From the NCBI RefSeq assembly GCF_009914755.1, contig NC_060926.1: a stretch of DNA of 64,000 nt, one strand, 5' to 3'. The position numbers and the translations under genes were made by a program. The stretch comes from the human T2T-CHM13v2.0 reference genome, Homo sapiens. The notes under the pieces are model-generated. The model was not told the origin of the DNA. It worked only from the letters and a program-made list of their open reading frames with translations, and made no database searches. This document shows positions 56,006-64,000 of the stretch, one piece after another (position 1 is the stretch's first letter; every line of letters begins with the position of its first letter).

Positions 56006-57099
56006 TTTATTATTCCATGTATCTTTGAATCCTCATGACAGGAAACATTATAAATAATGGTCTCACTGTGAGTACTTCCCAGCTAATCAATTAATTGTGG
56101 TAATATATCAATTTTGATGGTAAAAATTAATAATAATGTGGGATTAGAACAAATTGGGGACTGTCTTTTTTGAAAAAAATGGTGGCAAGAAATGGAAATA
56201 TACTTTTTCTCTTTAAAGAGATTTTGTTATTGAAATATCTGAACTACAAGTTAACATTAAATAATCATGTATCTCTAGTTGATTTCATCATGTGCAATTT
56301 ACTTTTAACTATTAAGTCTATTAAGTGGGGCTTCCATACTTACTTATCATTTTCACTTCTGATACTCTATTAGAATACTAGAGAACAAATACAAACGAGA
56401 TAAACACATCAGAGAGGACATCAGAAGATGATTACTACAAATCATTGGAACATAAGAAGGAGTGATAATGGGTTTAGCAAAAAAGGAAGAAGCTTCAATA
56501 TAAAATACTCTTATAGTAAGATTCTCTTGACAAAGGAACTGCAGCTCTGCTTTTCAGAACTCTGGAAAGACTCAGAGAGGATCTAAAAACATCCTACATG
56601 ATTAATGGAATGCATGAGATGAGCTGGAAGGAGGGGGAAGAAGGATTAAATGTTCCATCTCTCAACTTATGACGGAGGATCACAACAATTGAGTGGTCAT
56701 TGTTGAGATACTGAGATCATCTTAACAGAACTGCTGGTCTTCTGCCTAATTATCTTCCATTAAACTTTCACAAATAGATAATCCCTATTCACACACAGAG
56801 AACTTTCAATAGCTTTTCATTGCTTCTTTCTTAAATAAAATTGCATAACCAATTGCACCATATGTTTAAGAAAAAATTGCAACATAAAAATGAGAGACCA
56901 AATAATTAAACATAAAATTATTCTTTGACAAAAACTATGATTGTTAATAGAACATAATATGGAAGACATTTTAAGCATTCTGATAGAGATTTCAGATGAC
57001 ATTCATCATTTCAAGACCAGCATGTGATGAAAAGCATGTCAAACAAATAAAAACAAAACAAAAAAGGACCCCACGTGAAATAAAATTTGATTCTGGCAA

Positions 57100-57720
57100 A
57101 ATAAACTGAATATGTTTTTTTAATAGGAATGCCATGAGATAAAGTTAAAGAAAGATCCAGAAAGTAGAAAAAAAAGAAAATATGGAGAAAATGTGGAGAT
57201 CAAAATCTAACTAATAAAGATTTCAGAGAGAATTAAAAAAACAGAAAACAATAATTTCACAAAAATACAGTAACATTTTCCAGAACTGAGGAACAAAGTA
57301 ATAATCCTTTTTAAATGGAGAGAAGTCATGAATAAATGAACCAAAAACATGTATCTAGATGTACCCTCATGGCATTTCAGAAAACAAAAATTAAAGGGAA
57401 TTTTTCAAGAAAAGTAAAGCAGGTCACATACAAAGGACTGCAAATCAGACTGGTAACAGATTTTTTAATCAATACTCAAAGTTTCAGAAGGTGCACAGCA
57501 GTGTTTTCAACATTCTGAGGGGATTAATTCTCAACCTACAATTATATCCTTAAACTGCATAGAAAACTACATAGTATAACTTTAGATAGAAGGCATTTTC
57601 AGACAAAGACCCAAAAAGTTTATCTTTCCAAGACCCTTTTCTAAAAAGCTATTTCAGGATATACTTCTGCAAAATGAGGCAATGCACCAGTAAAGAAGAA
57701 AACAAAGCCTTCATAAAACT
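57100..57720 (+). mobile_element. Ancient L1M/HAL1 ORF1-region fragment
   Basis: Translation KQVTYKGLQIRLVTDF resembles the L1 ORF1 C-terminal motif; 'aacattttccagaactga'. Confidence 0.6.
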
Positions 57721-58305
57721 GTTGATGCAGTTAAGGAGAATAATTAAGGGAACTTAATTAGGTCAAGGGAGCTTAGTTAGGGTCTCAGGGAAAAGGAATA
57801 CTGGCAAGTCTTAGTGGGAAGCATTAAAAGCATTTAAATATGTAAGTGTAACATCTGGGGGAATTATAAAGTAGATGATATAATCTTCAACGATTTAAAA
57901 ATGATAAAATAATTATTAATAATTATGAGGTGAAGGAAGGGATATGGAAAGTCATGACATAATGTAAATTTTCACTATATTTTATTGAGGTGGCATGATC
58001 AATAATGTTTAAAACTAAAACATTCTGTTATAAAAACATAAGTTCTGGATATTTTGTTCACATATAAGTAGACACACACACACGCATATATTTTTCTTTT
58101 TTCTATAGATCAGTTAGCCAATAATAGGTATGTCATGGACAATTAGTAGTTCGGTAATTAAGTTTCAGTCTAGTTTCTTTTCTCAAATACAAATAAGATT
58201 AAATAAAATAATTAGATTGCCTTAGCCTAGGTGCCTAGAAAACATACTGGGGCAAAGTTTACATATTAGTAATGTATGTGGAGTGCAAACTCAGGGCACC
58301 AAAAG

Positions 58306-58463
58306 TAAAAAAAAAGAAAGAAAGAAAGAGAGAGAGAGAGGAGAAGAAAAAGAAGGAAAGAAAGAAAGAAAGAAAGAAGAGAGGGAGGGAGGAAGGAAGG
58401 AAGGAAAGAAAGAGAGAGAGAGAAGGAAAGAAAGAAAGAAAGAAAGAAAGAAAGAAGGAAAAA
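58306..58463 (+). repeat. Complex purine microsatellite (GAAA/GA/GGAA)n
   Basis: Direct reading. Confidence 0.95.
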
Positions 58464-58599
58464 CTGTGAGGCAAGGAAAGACAGTAAACAAATATAATAT
58501 ATTGAGCCCAAATCTTCAAGAAAATAAAACTGACTGTATAAGTGTGCAGAACATCCTTGAGAAGTCACTGGAACACTGTGCCTTGAAATAGTTCAAGGG

Positions 58600-60130
58600 A
58601 AGAAAAAGTATGAAAATTATATGCTGGATCCTTCCTGTCTCTTGTCCCTCATTAGTCAAGTTTGTCCCATGGGACATTTATCTCCCTGTACATCCAGGTT
58701 ATATGAACCTCTTTCTGTTAGAATCTGAAGACTCCAAGTTTCAGCTGGTTCAGACCTGGACACTGGCATAGTTGTGACTCATGCTTCAGGGGTGTGACAT
58801 ACGCTATGCTGAAGCCAGGCATAATCACTGGGGAAGGCAGACACCACCAGTGAAGTTAGAAGATGAAACTACAGTAATGCAAGAGGCAGCAGAGACTCTC
58901 CATTGAGCAAACAACATAGGTCTATGAGCTGGTAGACAGAGAAGACACACCAATATAGGGAGTATACATTCCTGTTGGAAAGGGTAAACCACCATCTCTT
59001 CCAAGGTATAAGGGGCTCATTACTGTAACTGACACAGTTCAGCCACTGTGTTTCCCTGAATTGTGCCATAAGGAGGATTTAGCACCTGTGCTTGCTGCTG
59101 ACAGAGCTGGGTATTCAGAAGTGGCAGTAACTGTAACAGACTTGAGAAAAAGTCCAGGTTATTGAACCCATACATTGTCTCCATTCCTGCCACCGTAATT
59201 ATTCTCCTCACTGGCTCTTCAGAACCACCAAGATTAACAAAAGGAAAGTCTGGCAGACATTCCACAAGGTGGGTTATCTTGTTCAACTGACTGTTGAGAG
59301 ACTTGGCTGTGGAGGATTTTCTCCAATGTGCATTAGTGTGAGACCAAAACATCTGCACTTTTAGTGATCACTCACATAGATCCATCTGCATTATACCTCT
59401 TCTTCACACTGCCTTGTCTCTGATTTTTCAGTCATGCACCAGGTTCTGCCTAAAGACACAAGTCACTTACTAGTTTCAGAACTTAGAATATGCCTTCGCC
59501 TTGGGCCACTTCTGCCATACAAGGTGGGCAACCAAGTATACTGCTTACAACTTTGCATCCCCCTCCATCCCTGAGGAGGATTCCTCTTTATACTTTCATT
59601 TGGGGCCATCTTTGAATTGGGCTGTTATGAATCAGCAGCAGAGTTGTGGCAGATGTTGCAATATCATGACAACCAATTTGCAAAGTAGGGCTCCAGTCCT
59701 TTCCTTCCTTGACTATTGGTTGTAGTGAGGCTCACTTGGATGTAAGCTGGAGAAGAGTTGATATAACAGAAGTAGGTGACATGGGAGTCTGGACAACCTG
59801 TTTATGTAATTTACTTCTGTCTTCTTCATTTGCTTGAGCCTGATCCTCAAGAAACACCTTCATTATAATGAATTGGTGCGGCATTTACCTGACCTTGTGT
59901 ACTGGGGCCCTTCACGCTAATGTCACGAGACAGCGGCATCCCCACATTCTTTCTTGTTGGCTAAATGGGAAGATAGAACTTCTATGTGCCTAGTCAGGAC
60001 ATAAATGATTGTTCAGGCATAACGGAGGACCAGATAAACCCTGGTTCTCAACACCATTCTGGAGGCTGTGGCAGCTAGTGTAACAGGACATGAGGCAATA
60101 ATAGCTTCAGCTGAAGTTCTAAATTAAGCA
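58600..60130 (-). mobile_element. Ancient ERVL-class internal (pol RNase H/integrase) remnant
   Basis: Minus-strand fragments SHTNAHWRKSSTAKSLNSQLNKIT, GGRNGDNVWVQ and CQQQAQVLNPPYGTIQG match the recalled ERVL pattern SHVNAHQR...GHGGRDGGYAWAQ...CQQQRPTLSPRYGTI. Confidence 0.7.
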
Positions 60131-61176
60131 AGTGGTTAAAGTTGGGTGACTGTGAGAAGATACAAGGAGATAAAAAATTGGATTTGTCCTAAATCTTAAG
60201 AAATTATATGTATTATATTTTTAGTTTTAGAAACAATATTTATATCTACTTATCTACCTACCTATACACTCATTTATCCATTTACCCATCTACTCATGTA
60301 TTTATTGATTATACTTTAATTTGTAATTATTCATAGAAAGATGTCTAGAGAGATGTTATTAGTGTTTGCTTCTTGAGATGACTTTAGGGAGAGTAATGAC
60401 ATCAGATGTGAAGAGGAAATCTTTATTCTCATTTTATGTGTTTTGGTACAAGTTGAATTGTTCATATTATTTTACATTTATGAAGTTTATTTTTAAAATT
60501 TTGTCAAAAGAAATTACTGAGCAAAGATATTTTGGCTCCCATATTTTTCTGAATAACATCCAGGGTTTCTTTTTTTTTTTTTTTTAAACAATGAATATTA
60601 TGCAAACTTTAAGCAGAAAAATATGCTACAATTGGAAAAAAATTTGTATTTTCTCTTTGTATATCTTCCCCCTCCCAATGTTTTCCTTGAGTCAAAGTTG
60701 AGGAATTGGATTCTGGATGAATGCTGTAATATCAATTAACTACAACTATACATAGTATTTTGAAAGATAATTAGCAATTGTGCTGTCCATAATCATTGTA
60801 TTCATTCTTTCCATATTCAACTTTAAAAGAACAATTAGAAATGTGAATGCGCTTGGCTTTTTATGGAATGATTTAATAATGGTCTCTAACAAGCTTGAAC
60901 TCAATTACCAAGGTTTATTTCCATTATATTACCTTCTGTGCTTTGGTTTTAGACAACCAGAATCTGTCACATCAACTACTTTTCTATCTACCAAAGGTAC
61001 TTATTTACATTTGTATAATGATATTTTGCAAAAACAGTACAATGGTAGTCCATTTGCTATTACAAATAAAGGTCACTTTCAAAGTTTCTGTAACAATTTT
61101 CTACACTTTAAAATGCGCACACTTGCTTTTTTGTCTGGTATTTTTTCTGTCATGTTAATGAAAATATCAATTAGAG

Positions 61177-61502
61177 CAGGGGTGCCCAACCCCTGGTATG
61201 AGTCCGTGGCCGCTTAGGAACCCAGTGCCACAGCAGAAAGTGAGCAGCAGGTGAGCGAGAATTACTGCCTGAGAGCTTCACCTCCTGTCAGATCAGTGGC
61301 GGCACTGGATTCTCACAGGAGTTCCAACACTGTTGTGAACTGCACATGTGAGGGATCTACATTGCACGTTCCTTATGAGAATCTAAAGCCTGATGATCTG
61401 AGGTAAAACAGTTTCATCCTGAAACCATCCCCACTCCTGGTCTGTGGAAAAATTGTCTTCCACAAAACCAGTCCCTGGTGCCAAAAAGGTTGGGGACCAC
61501 TG
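61177..61502. mobile_element. MER1B hAT MITE
   Basis: Inverted termini CAGGGGTGCCCAACC / GGTTGGGGACCACTG; 8-bp TSD AATTAGA(G/C) at 61169-61176 and 61503-61510. Confidence 0.92.
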
Positions 61503-63439
61503 AATTAGACGGTTCTATTAGCCTAGTCTAACCATCATTATTATTCCAATAATTGTCATCATGGTTATTATCACGATTATCTTTGTTGTCATCAAAATTA
61601 CATTTTCTCAGGAGTTTTACAAAGTCGAATTTTTAACTATAGTATTTCATGATATTTTACATCTCCTTCCTTTATAACTTAAGGAAGTCACACTGAAACT
61701 TTCTTAGATATTAAATTCATATTTATTTTTCCAAAAGCTTATAAAGAAAAAGACAGAAAAATAATACTATCCTGGATGAAAACCATGAAAGATAAAGGAA
61801 ATGTTAATGTCACAGATGACACGTTGTACTTAATAGGTACTAAATGATTTCAAAAATAATTCATATTAGATAAATAATTCTCGAAAGAAGGCAAGCAAAA
61901 GTAGCAATGAGAAACCAGGTTACATTTCTCTTAAAGGTTGTGTTAAGACATACTGCAAATTTTTCCATTAAATTCTGAGAGGAGTAATACATAGAATACA
62001 TAGAAAAGATGAAAAGGGACTGCCTTTTATTTATTTTTTTGGGGCAGTCACTTTTGTCACAAAATTAGCATGTTGAGTCTATTTATATTTAAATAGGAAA
62101 TAAATCATATGCCAAACATTTATGTGCCCTTAAGTTATTTCTGTAAATAGTGCAGTTGTACGTGTGTGGGTGTTTGTGTAACTAGGTGATCCACTGAACA
62201 TTTTTACTGAGAAGCAGAGTTCTACTGGCTGTCAAATACTAGAGTGTTGGCTAGCGTAGCTTGTGGCAACAGATCTGAGAGCTGTGTCTTGGCAGTACCC
62301 ACACTCCCTGAATCCCTGACAGTAGGGCAAAGCTGCATGAAATCCAGGGATCAGTCTAGTGGTAACAACGTCTACCTGGGGTCATTTAAAATCTTGCTCA
62401 AACAATTATCTAGGGGAGAGAAGAGCTACCAACAGAGAGAAGGTGTGAAAGAAAGTGAGAAAGCATGGGCTTTGGAAAACCTGGAGCTCAAAGAAGAAAA
62501 AGAAAACAGAAATTGCTTTCCCTATCAATATAGGTGCAGTTATAAGGGATAGCAGGATAGTCTAGCAGGACAGAGCTAACAAAGCTGCCTAAGAAAGAGT
62601 CTGCTTTAAAAATTTAAAAATTTGCCTATCTCCAGGAATAATGGACATTTTCCAATCTTACCAGTAATATAAAATATTTTTTAGATGCCTATCTGCCTCT
62701 CCTTCTTCTCTCTCTTCCATTCTAGCAGAGTGGAAATTCCTTTTAGCCAGCTTCAGGAGGGGGGAAGAAGTAGAATTTGAGAGAAGTGAATACTACTGCA
62801 TTGCCTCCTCTCACTGCAAATAGCCAGCTCTCAGCAGGACCCAGATGCAGAAGAGGAAAGGCTGACCTCTTCACCTTCAAAGTTTTGATTATTTTATGGT
62901 ACTGGACATTCTATTTACTGAATTTATATTATGTTTAGTAATTCTAATTGAATATAGAATTTCCTATTACCTGTGAGTAGCCGAAAAACGGCATGAGATT
63001 TCCTGGGTTGTGGAAAACCTGTATCTGTACTTTCCTATTAGCAGTGTTAAAGAAACAGTAGGAGATAATTACTAATTTGTTTTTATGATTACATCACATA
63101 GAACTGGTTTTTCAACATGCTGTTGTAAACACCCACACAAATAAGGAAATGGAATTAGTTTGCCCTTTAAAATTTGCTGGAATTCAGGTGCACTTAATCC
63201 ATCACCCCAAGAGACTCTATTTGTTTCACCAGTTGGCAGGTTTCCCACAATTTACACCTTCATGGTGCTCCTACTGGAAACTGAAATCTCCAGCTAATCA
63301 CAATATCTAGGTATAAAAAGACCTGTATTAAGGTAGCTGGGGTCTTAGTGTTTGAAAATCAACATACAACTTCCTAAAAGAATTTATAGCACAACCGTTT
63401 CAGAGGGAGAATCTAAGAGTGACCAACTGAAGACCCTGT

Positions 63440-63590
63440 TTTAAAAGGGTAGTCACTGGCCATCTATATCATTGGTTAAAATGCATGTCTCAGAGTCTTA
63501 CCCCATATCTTTTAAGTAGGTCTGAGTGTGCTTATCAAGCTTCCCTGGTGATGCTTATACACACTAAGCACCCAAAAGCTTCCGCATTAA
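63440..63590. mobile_element. MER5-like remnant
   Basis: 'ttaaaatgcatgtctcagagtcttacccca...agtaggtctgagt...caagcttccctggtgatgcttatacacactaag'. Confidence 0.5.
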
Positions 63591-64000
63591 TAGAAAGCTC
63601 TGCTGCTTTCATTAATCCCTAGGCCAAATAAATTACAAACAAAACTTTCAGAATTTCGTGGAGCAAGAAAGGACAACGGTGGAACTCTTTCTGCATTTTG
63701 TCCATAATGCTTCAAATACAAATTTTGGTATGAATTCTTTAAAAAGTATTTTTCTACTGTTGCTCTTTGTTATTATTTTTATTTAAAATTGTTATTAATT
63801 TTCCATATAAACTCTCATCAAATCAAAGATAAAGGCACAGATAGAGTCAAAGTTTTTTGGTTTCCTTAGCAATTTTCCATAGAAAGCAGATAAAATGACC
63901 TTTTCATGTTACTGAGAGCTACAGATGCAGAGTCAAACACAGAGAAAATGAACTTAATGTTGGGTAACAATTCTTGACAATGATTTGAACACTATCTTAC

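Noticed and set aside
58259-58591. Five overlapping ORFs
   Set aside because: Artefacts of the GAAA/GGAA microsatellite
60780-61217. 145-aa hydrophobic ORF
   Set aside because: Non-ATG start, composition driven by T-richness, and it ends inside MER1B
62230-63090. Possible old LTR-like segment
   Set aside because: I could not identify termini, a TSD or a family motif by eye; it needs an HMM search

Overview
AT-rich, repeat-dense primate genomic DNA, probably hominoid or human and intronic or intergenic. I see no recognisable cellular protein-coding gene, RNA gene or CRISPR array. The main element is an ERV9/LTR12-family provirus (9012-15401) with two 557-bp LTRs, a 4-bp target-site duplication (TSD) and a tRNA-Arg primer-binding site. 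Its gag-pro is decayed, the RT core, integrase and env SU are missing, and a purine-rich tract sits at the pol/env junction. There are several L1s: a 3.8-kb 5'-inverted copy, a truncated L1PA4-like copy, a once full-length L1PA7/8-like copy carrying a nested AluY, and a ~150-bp inverted micro-L1. The window also holds four Alus, solo LTRs (MLT2A, MER31/67-like, MLT1), DNA-transposon fossils (MER1B, MER33, MER63), L2/MIR debris and microsatellites. The best observations are retrotransposition-mechanism fossils: an Alu + L1-tail + transduced-sequence chimera inside one TSD, two twin-priming inversions, and a candidate 3' transduction. An open ORF0-homologous antisense frame and a speculative set of minus-strand exons are also worth checking. 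I found no convincing evidence of a wholly new biological system. Subfamily names come from recalled consensus motifs and need RepeatMasker/Dfam confirmation.
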